DNA of 64,000 bases, taken from contig CM119371.1 in assembly GCA_051294905.1 (NCBI GenBank), forward strand, positions 10,106,001 to 10,170,000. Reading direction: 5' to 3'. The notes under the pieces are model-generated. The model saw nothing but the letters and a program-made list of their open reading frames with translations. It did no database searches and was not told where the DNA came from. A program made the translations under genes and the position numbers. Origin of the DNA: Botryllus schlosseri (Eukaryota). This document shows, piece after piece, positions 24,958 to 36,599 of this stretch (its first letter is position 1; each line of letters begins with the position of its first letter).

Positions 24958-26347
24958 TAGGGCTGGGCACAATGCTTATAGATCGCGGATTTTGAATGAG
25001 TATCAATTAACTCTTTCGACGCCGCGTATCCCCATATGTTCGCTAGAGATTGTCTTCAAAACGCCGCGTATCCCCATATGTTCGCTAAATCGAGAGAGCG
25101 TATTTTTGTCTCGAAAATCTGACATGCATTTTTGCGTCCATGGCCGTCGGGGCATTGTGCGGTAATGAATTCAAAATTCAAGACTTGCTACTAAGAAACA
25201 ATTTTGCTGGATTACCTGTTCGGAATAGTAACTTTATTTGATATATATTTCCACGTCGGTAATGATTTTCAACAGATGCCAATACCTAAAGACATTTTAC
25301 ATCATTATCACTAATCTTTAGCGACACATCGCGCGTTAAGTTGATATACGGATCTACTGAAGCCACCAAGTCAGTACATGTACTGCGAGAACACAGACTT
25401 CACACCAATATATACGTATTTATTCATGTTTTTCAAACGTAAAATTGCATCGGGAGATGACGAGGACTCAACGGAGACAAATAATGATGTTTTGGTGCAG
25501 ATCGTTGCTTGTAATCGTACACAAATGGGCTCCGTCGGTATGTTACTGCGCCTGAAAAACAAACTTGAGTACCGGTACTAGCAGAAGTCTAATTTTCGAG
25601 CCATTATTGCGGATTTGACGTCACAATGATAACCTTGAAGCATCGACGGCCGAAGATCATGTCGGCAGCAGTATTTCACGACGGTTCTGAACCTCCGCAT
25701 TGCCATTGAAAAGGAATTAACGATTTAAGGATAATATAATATCGATATAAAATATAATAAGAATATTCTGTGAAATTTACAACGTCACAGCTAATCTATA
25801 AGTACCATAGAAACACCAACAAAATCCATACCTTGGCAGCAGCGCGCCTGAAATCAGCCCAACTTCAGTTCGTACCGAAGCCTGTCCTAGCAACACGACA
25901 GGATCAATTAAGGCACGTTACGCATCATTAGATAGATATCGTTCGCGGCTACAATACGGACGTAGGTATGTCTCGGTAACTAAGGTAGCGACGAAGTTAC
26001 GATCGGTTGAAATTGGGGTTATTTGGTGAAAATCGCGGCGTTTTGAAGACAATCGTCAAATTTAGCTCGGCGTCGAAAGAGTTGAACTGATTCAAGTGTA
26101 TAGTGGTAAAAGACGATATTTCGCCATGGGTATCAATTTTTCAACGGGAATTGAAGTTGTGATACTTATTTCTACTGTGTTAGCATTGATTGGCCGTATT
26201 GCAGCGTACCAAACATAGTAAAAAGCTTTGAATCTTGTCAATTTACATTCTGTTATTTTGTCATAATGCGTGGTCCTAGAATACTCAACTTGAAGCATGA
26301 GTCGTGATCCATCAATGCACTATGGCACTCGATTTCGCCCAGCCCTA
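24958..26347. mobile_element. Non-autonomous hAT element in intron 1
   Basis: TIRs TAGGGCTGGGC...GCCCAGCCCTA. TSD CTAGCGAT/CTAGCGTT. Confidence 0.88.
25011..26081. mobile_element. piggyBac-like non-autonomous element nested in the hAT
   Basis: TTAA|CTCTTTCGACGCCG...CGGCGTCGAAAGAG|TTGA. A second internal inverted repeat, GATTGTCTTCAAAACGCCGC (about 25049), pairs with about 26036-26055. Confidence 0.8.
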
Positions 26348-26795
26348 CTAGCGTTGGTAATCTACACAATTTAGTGAGCAGTTGTGATCGATGCATCTTG
26401 TACGGGGTTAAATGGTGTTAAGAATTGTGATCTAGAATGTTTTTCTTTTCATTTTGTCTAGAAATAATTATATTAGAGTGTCGTAAATGTCAAATGAAAA
26501 ATCATGTTGGCTGTGCCCATTTCGTTGGGAGTTCAGATCGGATTACAAAACATTTCTTGTAACGTCACAAGGACCATCCAAGTCTGATTTATACATGCAA
26601 GCTTGTGATAAAGACTTTTGGCAAATATTCACCATTGGTGTGACGCGCCATCTGTTGAATCTGCAAGAAGTAAGAAGCTAATCAACTGAAATGTGATCAT
26701 GCAACTAAGTCTTGTTGTTTCAGTTGTGGAAAAAGTTGTCAACAAATCAAGGTCGAAACAATATAGTCGATGAATCAGCCTCGATTGCTGAATCG

Positions 26796-26921
26796 GATAC
26801 CACCTTGCCGGGAGAAGCGTCGGTTGATGAGGATTTAGATACCACCATGCCGGTAGAGCCGTCAGTCAATGACGATTTAGATACCACCGGGCCCGTAGAG
26901 CCGTCAGTCCGTTGTGATTTA
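26796..26921 (+). repeat. 3 x 42-bp coding tandem repeat (DTTxPxExSVxxDL)
   Basis: GATACCACC...GATTTA units lie in frame in exon 3 of the cargo gene. Confidence 0.9.
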
Positions 26922-27337
26922 GCTTCTTCAGAAGCAGCTATGCCAGTGAGTATTTGATGAAATTTTGCAATGAATTTAGCTAACCTGTCTGCCTCAGCAG
27001 TCCATACTTCCTCGAAGACGACAACTCGACAGATCTCCTTATTCTAGTACAGTAGTTCTTCAGTTCTTGAAGAATGGGTCGCGACCCAAACATAGGTCGC
27101 GAAGGGTATAATTTTGTGGCGCGACGGTACCAGAGCGGTCTTTTAATATGTATGTAATATTATATGAGGTCATTGCAACAACAAAAATATCTTCGCTTTT
27201 CGCGCGATTTACTGTAGTTGGTTTGAGCATATCAGAGGTCACTGAGTTTGGTACCACGGCCAATAAGCGAGACACGCGGAGAAGTCGCCACCACAACATG
27301 ACTTGAACATCAAAATGTGCCGACCTTTGCATTAAAC

Positions 27338-28554
27338 CAGTGGTTCTTAACCTTTTTCCCTCCAGCGCCCCCTTTCAAAAATTATCGTGCTCCAGCGCCC
27401 CCCCCCAACTTCATAATGTAAGGAATGTAATAAAGACAATGAGTAAGAGGGAGGTCCGTAACAGCACTTCGTCAACCCCCTAAAAACGATTGCCTTGCGC
27501 AACCATAGCGTGATAAACCGAACTTCTGAGGGCTTAGCCCCCACGAACCCCCTATCGTGATTACCAGGCTTCCGGGGGACTTCACTCCCAGACCCCCATT
27601 AGGCTGTCCTCAATTTGCTGAAAGCCTGTTAGGTATCCACACTGAGGCAGCTATTGTCGCCTAGTCGCGCGAAGCGCGAAAAATTTCAATAATTAATGAT
27701 TTAATTGGTCAATATCATCGGGAATTGCATGTAAATTGAGATTGATTTTTATCCTCTCTCTGCTCACGTAAACACATTTACCGGTAGAGCTGAGTGAGGT
27801 GCAATGTGCCCTCTAAGCTGCGCACGTGCGCAGTGCTGTCACGGTCTTTGCGCACAGAAAATCTACGTTGCGCACAACAAATCCGAAGTTATTACCTTTT
27901 TTTAGTCGATACGCACTGTTGTCCAGGGGTCAGCGCAGTGAGTTGTTGAGTGTGCGCAGACTCATCAAAACTTAAAGCGAACATTGTGAGGCTTCTTGGA
28001 AACTGTAGGGCCCGTTACTAATAATTAAACATATTCGGGGGGCGAACCCGTTGGTATGAATTCGTTGCATGATGTTATTTCGTGACCCCCTGTCTGCAAT
28101 ATCAAAAAATATAGAATCGCGCAACGGGGATATCGCCCAACAGGAATATCCCTGTCGCCCAATCGTACTAAACTAAAAGACGCACACGATTTCAGATTGG
28201 TATTTCTTTACTGACATATAATTTTTCCCTGCCAGATGGAATTCGTCTTCTGGGGTTCAGATTGCCAAGACAGGAACATTCGGTGTCAGTCATTTAGGCG
28301 CCCATGGACAATTAAACCTATATGTATTTTGAAGGCTATATGTAACGAAGTTTTCGGTGTTAATTTGCTCTGAATACTCATTAAGGATATGTCCTATCAC
28401 CACATCATCTACTGCGAAGCCATTTTTCTCCAGCGCCCCCCATACCGCCCCCCTGAGCCCAGCGCCCCCCATATCGCCCCCTGAGCGTTTCCGCCCCCCT
28501 TCAAAATCGCCAGCGCCCCCTGGGGGGCGCTGAGGGCAAGGTTAAGAACCACTG
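27338..28554. mobile_element. hAT (Charlie-like) non-autonomous element, intronic
   Basis: TIRs CAGTGGTTCTTAACCTT...AAGGTTAAGAACCACTG. TSD CATTAAAC. The interior is shared with 44424-45859. Confidence 0.92.
27802..27986. mobile_element. About 190-bp MITE (CAATGTTCCCTCTAA family) nested in 27338-28554
   Basis: CAATGTGCCCTCTAAG...TTAAAGCGAACATTG, an inverted sister of 63565-63757. Absent from the related element at about 44780. TSD imperfect. Confidence 0.8.
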
Positions 28555-29109
28555 CATTAAACAAATTGATTTCAAATTTGATTTCATGATGAGATTTTTT
28601 TCAACATTGGATTCTCTGGGAAACACCGTCAGAGACCTGGGACGCTTTAGTGTAGAGTTGTACAACGAGCGGTTGCCGGTTTATGAGGCCAAAACCCGTC
28701 CACGCTTGGACACATGATTATATGGCGTTGGGCCAACATACGGCTGGGCAAAGTGCGGTGCCAAAAAGTTCGGTGGCGATAATTGACCGTCGTTGGGTGG
28801 CCAAACCATTCGTTATTGATATAATTATTCGGCACCCAAATGCATTCATTTTGGTGTGTGTTGCTTGGGTCACTTGGAAGGCACTTGTGGAAAAGTATCC
28901 GTGCTTAGGATCTACCTTACAGAACCCCCCCTGGGTAAAGTAAACTGGTCTCATTGGTCTGAATTCATTTGCACTGATCATCTCATTTTTTTCTAGAAAA
29001 ATATCATCACGAAACTGTCTCAGAAATTGAGAGCGCTCAGACTTCTAGACAACGTCCTGCTTTCTTTAAAAACGCTTCCGTGTCAGGTAAATTACTAAAT
29101 AGTATGTAA

Positions 29110-29392
29110 TGTGTGTATAGAAGTACATAGTTTGTACTGTGAGTATATAGAAGTAGTCGTGTGACGTGCGCCGGTTTAATTACAACGTAGTTTGTACTGT
29201 GAGTATATAGAAGTAGTCCGGTGATTTGCGCCAGTTAAATTACAACGTAGTTTGTACTGTGAGTATATAGAAGTAGTCCGGTGATTTGCGCCAGTTTAAT
29301 TACAACATAGTTTGTACTGTGATTATATAGAAGTAGTCCGGTGATGTGCGCCGGTTCAATTACAGCGTAGTTTGTACTGTGGGAATAGAAGT
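29110..29392 (+). repeat. 60-bp minisatellite, about 4.7 copies, intronic
   Basis: Unit TAGTTTGTACTGTGAGTATATAGAAGTAGTCCGGTGATTTGCGCCAGTT(A/T)AATTACAAC(G/A) with exact 60-bp periodicity. Confidence 0.95.
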
Positions 29393-30299
29393 AGACCTGC
29401 ATTGTTAATGGGCATAAGAGCGTTGTGGGTAGGAAATTAGACCAGACCCTGTTTGCGGTAGCACCAAGCCATCTGAGTATTGTGTCCCTACTAATATTTA
29501 CACATTCAGGTGGATTCAAGTTGACTGTTAAAGAAGCCACTCGTCAGCTGCAAAAGGAATTCGACAACGAGGACTGCAACTGGCAGAAAATCGTGACTCT
29601 TTTCAAACAATTGCATGAACACCGGCGTGCTCAGCTAACGAAGAAACGGATCCCTCAATGAAATTCTGCAAACGTTCCCTTCCTTGGGTGATATCAGACT
29701 GGTGGGTGAACGCATGTATGATTTATCATTAGGCCTCTGCGATATCGAGTGCGGGTCAGTGTATTGACTCTGAATTGAGTATTAGGGTCGAGACTAGTAT
29801 TCCTGTATCACTCATTCTGATGTCACCAACATGAATGATGTGGGGTGGGAATTATGTGCCTTTTATACGGCCACAAGGAATAAAGTGCCCGTTCTTGATA
29901 TAATACTCGAAAAACTCATATTTTTACAGGTCAGGAAAGATTTCTGGAAGTTGATCGCACCAATTGATGAGATGAGAACTAATTACACAAAAATGATGCA
30001 TACATTGGATAAGATATTTATGGTAAATTGGGACTTGCAAAGCTATTATGATTTAGAACTGATTGATAATAACTTCTCGACTTTTTTGTTTTTCAGTTCA
30101 GTGTGAATGATCAACTGAAAAATCTGCTTAAAGTACAATCGCAACTCGCCGATGGCAGAGTAAAGTGGAAGAAGACCGACGCCAGCCTGAACTCTGAGAA
30201 GAAGTCCACAGTATCTGCATTGTCAGTGGAACAGGTACTTGATTATAACAAAGTTTATATAATGATGTCAATCACTGATACATGCAGCTGACTGTGCGG

Positions 30300-30552
30300 C
30301 AGTGGTGAGCGAGATAGTGTAATGGTAATGCGTCCGGCTTCTCGATCGGTAGGTCGTGGGTTTGATCCCCGGCCGGGTCATACCAAAGACTTGAAAATTG
30401 GTATCCGCAGCTATCCTGCTAGGCGCTCAGCAATCACGAATAGCATGGAGGAGAAAACAAACGGGGGTGCAGACTAGATGACCTCGCGGTCGTATCGCAA
30501 CTCCGTCGTCTGAGCATCTCGATGATGCAGGCGAAAAAGAATACCATATCTC
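30300..30552 (+). mobile_element. tRNA-derived SINE
   Basis: A-box-like TAGTGTAATGG (30315) and B-box-like GGGTTTGATCCC (30358), then GTCATACCAAAGACTTGAAAATTGGTATC...CCTGCTAGGCGCTCAGCA, a conserved SINE central domain (MetaSINE-like from memory). Confidence 0.8.
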
Positions 30553-30556
30553 TCTT

Positions 30557-30810
30557 TTAAACTGAGGGGCATGAAAGCATATGAAGGGGGGTGAAAAGCA
30601 GTGGTCAACAACAAAAAGTTTTCTCGCTTCTCGCCATTTACGTAAAATTCATAGTTATTGTTCTGTGTATACTCCTAATTTTGTACTTGAGAATTTTCTC
30701 ATTACCAGTCATAACGTTCCATGCAATCAACTTTTGTGACATGACGATAAGGGGGCGTGAAATTTTACACTTATTGTGTGGCGTGTCTAAATAACTTGGT
30801 GAATTACTGG
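30557..30810. mobile_element. Degraded copy of the 307-bp hAT MITE (48732-49038 family)
   Basis: Colinear similarity to 49281-49550 and 48732-49038. The termini are eroded. Confidence 0.6.
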
Positions 30811-31685
30811 TGTAGAGATGTTACCCCTGTTGTTGACAGTCGTATGCATTGTTTGAATTTTTTTTAAATATTTCAATTTCAGGCTCAAGATACTCAAATC
30901 CACTGCAAAAGATCACAACCTCCGCATTTGATTGTCGCAAAGCACGAGAATGGGAAGATCCAGGGCTGGATTCTGGCTGATGGCCACAGAATTTCGTGTC
31001 AAGAATATGATACGGTCTTTGATATGCTGATTAATATCATGGCATGCTATTATGCCTGGGACCTATCGTATCCGAAAGATTTTCAGCTTTTGGCTTTCGT
31101 CCAGCATGTCGTAATAGGTGACAAAAGTGCTCAATATGTGTCTACCAAATTGGCGGTTTCTTTCTAAGATTTCAACAATATGCTCCAGAATAAGACTTTC
31201 TAAGAACGGATTTCTCACTACATTCGTTTTTTTAATAGTACTTCACAAGTACTACAAGTTCGTTACATGGTACAAATCCTGTATAAGGTCAATTTTCTCA
31301 CTACATTTGTTTAGTGAGTTATACTTTCAATTAAGTAGCATAATAACAAATTCTGTAATGAGTTCAAGTAATTTTTCCAAGCTGGGCTTAGCATGTGGTT
31401 TATTTCCATGCGGGTAGGGCTGCCATATTCTAATTAAAAAATTCCGGCTACGATTTATGCTGCATGTCCTATTTCTTGCCTTCAATTTATTTTACTGCAG
31501 TATGTTCATTTGCACACACGTTCATTTTTCCGTTTATAATAGAATGTCCCATGCGGGATTCAAACAGTTTGATTGTCGAGTACACCAGGTGATTTTAGCG
31601 TTATTGAGAGGACAGAACGGAGGTCGACATGTACGCCAGATTATTTAGTATCCTATATCAGGCCGCAGTGAGGTATCACCTAGAT

Positions 31686-31733
31686 CGGAAACACCTAAAT
31701 ACGGAAACACCTAAATATGGAAACACCTAAATA
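31686..31733 (+). repeat. 3 x 16-bp subterminal repeat of the CACTG element
   Basis: (C/T)GGAAACACCTAAATA x3, about 100 bp from the right terminus. Confidence 0.85.
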
Positions 31734-32771
31734 TAAAGCACAATCGGCATCATCTAGGACATTTTACGTGGGATCTTTTTTGACGAAAAAAGTGTTGTCT
31801 TTTCTGATTTCAACGACATGAAAAAAATTACAGTGTAGTCATATCGTAATCTAGCATGTCCATGGCGTGTCCGAATCTGGAAGAGTGGACTCTGACTTTT
31901 TTAGTTTTGGAGCTGTTTTAGCATACCACCTTTGAAACTTTCTGGACTAAAAACATGAAATACATGTTCGGCTTTCAGAAGTAGTATTTATATTTCACTT
32001 TCAACTCCCAGTATCATATAATTTGAGTTATAATTAATATCAGTTCTTTTGTCTGGATAACATGTTGAAGTATAAAAGCAAGTGTAGTAATGCCTTTAAT
32101 TTCTGGAAATAAAGCTACAAAATATTGCATTTTTATGGCCCCCCATAATTTTTATCAACGTTTACTAATCGTGCAAAGTGTTTACCCCGTATCCAATAAA
32201 ACTTCTTCATATTGCTCTTCGACTAAACTACGGGCCTTGTAATATGGGGAATGGCGTCATACCATGATATTTTCTAAAACGTGCTGTTCGAGAAAACAGA
32301 GTATTAGCATCGCATTTCCATGTCAACACTATCATTTTCATCCCATGATGTGGACGAATGATTATGCTATCGAAAATTGGATACCTGCTGGTGCTGGTAT
32401 GTATCAATACGAATCAAGCTCGTCACCTATCGCATACGGTAGCTCAATTTGCATCTTTTTACAATCCATGTGAACGGATTAGGATCGTTTTCACTACTAC
32501 TTACTTACTTGAGTGCTTTTAAAGTCAGTCAATTCTACTTCTACTTCAAGTAGTTTAAGGTTGCTTAAAGAAGTACTTCTACTTGTACTTGAGTAGATTT
32601 TTTTCGTCGCTACTTCTACTTCTACTTGAGTAGATTTATTGACTACTTTGACCACCTCTGGCAACGTTACTGTTAGTAGTGACGGTTGGAACAACATCAC
32701 ACCACAGAACACAGGTATCACGTTTCATGACAAACGACGATACGTCATGTTCTCCAGTTGTTGCTCTACAA

Positions 32772-33984
32772 CAGTGGTTCTCAACCGGGGGTCCGCGGAC
32801 CCCTGGGGGTCCGTGAAGCATTTTCAGGGGGTCCGCGAAGCCTCTAAGTTTGCAACATGATTGATTACCTAATATTTTAAGCTATACGAAGCTCATGAGG
32901 CAGATTGGCTTCGTAACTGCTAAATTTTCAGGACTTCCATAAACAGAATGGTCGTCTGAAATGAAATATCGACGCTAGTGGTTCTTAACCGGGGGTCCGC
33001 GAGACCTCTAAATTTGCAAAATGACTTATTACCAATTTGTAACTTTTTTAAAATTAGGGAAATGACGAGGCAGTTTCGCTTCAAAACTACTAAGGCTTCA
33101 GGACTCACATCAATAGAATGACACTATATGATATGCATTATCCGACCATGCAAACTAACTTTTATTACCAATAGCATAGGCCTACTTATGCAAGCATATT
33201 GTAGTTTAGAGATGTTTTGTTTAGGTTTGGTTAAATTATTTTTTCCTAAAAAGGGGTTAAATCCACATCATGAAATCCATTTTTTCCTGTGATATAGCCT
33301 ACATATGTGGCAGCCCTGCTCTATAATACTGCCCCTTATATCAGTTGTATAATAATTGCGTCGTGGTTTCACTTGCTCTTTTGTGTCCAGCCGCTTCGGC
33401 GGTATTAGGACACTTGATAAAGTCTCTCCAGCAGTTGCTGAATCGTGTGTGATTAACTCAGGTCTTTTACACATATAACCACTATATATTCCAGAATATC
33501 TTGAAGATGAGCTGCAGACAGAAACGACTAGTCTGGACGTGATAACTTCATTGAAATCTATTTCTCAATTTGGGTGCCAAATAATATGTTTCGATGACAC
33601 ACGAAGGTGTCGTCGGAAGAGTCAGGTGGCAATGTTACATTCGCCTCAACCTTTACCATTTTGAAAATGGATTTTCGGCACTCTTGTTCATATCACATCG
33701 AAATGCGTGAATTTTCAAGACACGGCCACATAATTTAAGAAATGCAGCTGCAGAATACACTCCGGAATAATAAAATTCCAGCCAATTTCTACATACAGTA
33801 TGATTTTATTGTCAGGAACGGTCATTATGTCGCTTTTTATCACAAGCCAATAGTTGATATATGCAAATGACAGATGCCGGTGGCAATAGAATTGGGCTAA
33901 ATTTGAACTAAAACTTGAGGGGGTCCGCGGGGTCCGTGACGGTTCAAAAGGGGTCCGCGAAGACAAAAAGGTTGAGAACCACTG
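32772..33984. mobile_element. hAT (Charlie-like) non-autonomous element
   Basis: TIRs CAGTGGTTCTCAACC...GGTTGAGAACCACTG. TSD CTCTACAA. The left end is internally duplicated at about 32980. Confidence 0.93.
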
Positions 33985-34344
33985 CTCTACAACAATATTT
34001 CAAGTAAAATGCGCAAATAGAACTAGAACTGCTTTCCAAACTATGCAACCAGAACTAGTCAAAACCACTTGTTAGTTTACCGTGACATAACTAGATCTAT
34101 AGTTTGTACAAGTCTTCTGTGGCCAATTTTTGACCCATACACTGAGAACGACTGTACTGTAGTTTGTCAGCATAAATCAGATACAACAGTCCGGCGTTAG
34201 TTCTTGCTCTGACAGCTTCGACGAATGTATAACGACATTTGCCTCTTTCACACGTATTCATCGAATAAGTTACCGCAATATGTTGTACGAGTCTTGAAAA
34301 TGTGCACCGGAGGCACGCAAGATTATGAAGCATGATAGTGACAG

Positions 34345-36392
34345 CATAGTGTCCTATATGGTGTCGACACAAGCAAATCGCACGGTTCAATGAAATTGTA
34401 ACACGTCACAGTTTCCATTTGGCTACAGGCAATTTGACGGTGATTTTTGACCGGCTTGCCGAGCATTAAATTTGATGAATCGGGTATTAATCGAAAGCTG
34501 ACGCTGTACTGCTTGCGAAAATATAAATTTAATTTCACTCATGGCCCTGGAACCCCCACAATCAGCCCCAAATTATTCATTGTCGAGTAGATTGGCAGTG
34601 TGACGCAACAATGCTGTCTGGCGAAACGAGAGACTAGCTCAAGAGCAAGGATGCGGCCGAGCGGCGAGAGTGGGATCAGCTGACGTCGCGGCAATAGCAA
34701 TGTGCAATCGCGCCACAGAGAAACGCTGCGCTGTTGATACTTTTTCTATGCGCTTCGGTACAAGCGAGCACACACCAGCCTTTCCTTGACTTGTAAGGGT
34801 AAACTGGGTCCACAGAATGTATTAGGGCCCTACCAATTTTCGCGCAATATCCTTCAGCTGATAGAGATATGTAGGCTACGTCTAAGTAGTCTACATTGGA
34901 TATGTCAGATTATTATGATATCGATTGCCTTAGCCCGCTTGTTGCGTAGGGCTCCAGAGATGCGTGGCGCTGTTGATACTGTATTTGGTCCCTACCAATT
35001 TTCCCGCAATATCCTTCAGCTGATAGAGATATTTCGAGTAAGAAAAATATACTTTCAAGTAATAAGATTCACTCAAGACAGCAAATTTAGATAATGTAAA
35101 TATATCATATTGTAGTAATACAACTACAGTGTTGAGTTTTCACTCTAGTCCCCATAAGCACCACGTCGGTGACCTTGACACCAAATTCCGAGAAGGCAAT
35201 AAAGTGCAAACTCTGTTGGGCCGAATGGACAATGGACATTCAGTTATTCACAGATGCGAAAAAAATAATGCAAATCCGTTTTACGTAATTACTTAAGTTG
35301 CATTAGGAATATAATACAGGCTACAGAATGAATATAATTCAAATAGGCCTATATGTGATACCACTGTATTGCTTTTGACGCAAAAGGTCCCCAGCATTCA
35401 AAAAAACTGTTTGGTGATTGAAAAATGCCAAACCAAATTCCAACGTCAACGCGTTTATAGTGATATCAGATATATTCCAGTGAAAAACAAAGGTATGAAT
35501 TTGGTGGTAACATTTTGGAATCATTTGGCAGGTATGGCCCGCAAGCTTTCTAGTAACGGATTGAATCCGGACAGCGATACCACTTTAATTCGACACTCCT
35601 GCTGTTAAACTTTATTCAACAATCAACATTTTACCTGCTGCATTCGCGGACCAAGTCCTACCCATACGGATCAAATAAAAGCTTGTAATGTATGCTCATG
35701 CTCAATGCTCCTTGCTCACACTTAACCGTAAAAGCGACTATAGAAAGTATCGACACCCGCCATCAACAGCGCGACGTGTCTCTGGAGCCCTACGCAACAT
35801 GCGGGCTGAGGCAATCGATATCATAATAATCTGACATATCCAATGTAGACTACTTAGACGTAGCCTACATATCTCTATCAGCTGAAGGATATTGCGCGAA
35901 AATTGGTAGGGCCCTAATACATTCTGTGGACCCAGTTTACCCTTACAAGTCAAGGAAAGGCTGGTGTGTGCTCGCTTGTACCGAAGCGCAGAAAAAGTAT
36001 CAACAGCGCAGCGTTTCTCTGTGGCGCGGTTGCACATCGCTATTGCCGCGACGTCAGCTGATCCCACTCTCGCCGCTCGGCCGCATCCTTGCTCTTGAGC
36101 TAGTCTCTCGTTTCGCCAGACAGCATTGTTGCGTCACACTGCCAATCTACTCGACAATGAATAATTTGGGGCTGATTGTGGGGGTTCCAGGGCCATGAGT
36201 GGAACAAAATTTATATTTTCGCAAGCAGTACAGCGTCAGCTTTCGATTGATACCCGATTCATCAAATTTAATGCTCGGCAAGCCGGTCAAAAATCACTGT
36301 CAAATTGCCTGTAGCCAAATAGAAACTGTGACGTGATACAATTTCATTGAACCGTGCGATTTGCTTGTGTCGACACCATATAGGACACTATG
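34345..36392. mobile_element. Foldback DNA transposon with about 630-bp inverted arms (P/Galileo-like)
   Basis: Arms 34345-34978 and 35762-36392 are near-perfect reverse complements (ORFs 34786+ and 35738- share the same peptide). Termini CATAGTGTCC...GGACACTATG, 7-bp TSD GTGACAG (34338-34344, 36393-36399), internal sub-repeats. Confidence 0.9.
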
Positions 36393-36599
36393 GTGACAGG
36401 CTTGTAGTAAAATAAGCACAATGTTCATGACTAGCACAGAGATCTGCATAACAAGGTTCCGCTGTACCAATGCCTCTCGGATTTAAGCATTTACCCGTTT
36501 ATTTGAGAGAATGTAGTAGTTCATTTCGACGCCTTCCCATCTTACAATTCGATCACAAACATCTGCAGTTTTGAAATGATTAATTAACGGAACCGCACA

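Larger units (their letters stand above)
24703..31167 (+). pseudogene. Multi-exon gene inside the CACTG element, resembling SAMD3-like uncharacterised proteins, disrupted
   Basis: GT-AG exons 24703-24787, 26477-26669, 26724-26945, about 28580-28934, 28997-29086, 29510-29701, 29930-30022, 30097-30234 and 30883-31167, with compatible phases (exact for the last three). Peptides ALVEKYPCL...PW, HRRAQL...LNEILQTFPSL, and MLINIMACYYAWDLSYPKDFQLLAFVQH. Exons 2, 5 and 6 have frameshifts and exon 2 has stops. Confidence 0.75.
24523..31835. mobile_element. 7.3-kb CACTG-terminated EnSpm/CACTA-like DNA transposon, no transposase seen
   Basis: Termini CACTGTCAATTT...AAATTACAGTG, 2-bp TSD TA. Boundaries are defined by the uninterrupted host sequence at about 7735-7765. 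Confidence 0.85.
24049..32660. mobile_element. Tol2-like hAT element (sister of 7138-8552) split by a 7.3-kb insertion
   Basis: TIRs CAGAGGTGGTCA...TGACCACCTCTG. Perfect TSD GCAACGTT. 24049-24522 plus 31836-32660 reconstitute the 7138-8552 element. Confidence 0.93.

Noticed and set aside
29110-29392. Regularly spaced repeats as a possible CRISPR array
   Set aside because: Head-to-tail 60-bp units with no unique spacers, in a eukaryotic intron, with no cas genes.
30300-30375. Possible tRNA gene
   Set aside because: A and B boxes are present but degenerate, I could not build a complete cloverleaf, and it continues into a SINE body.
34786-36198. ORFs of 90-109 aa in the foldback arms
   Set aside because: Mirror-image products of the inverted repeat with no transposase motifs.
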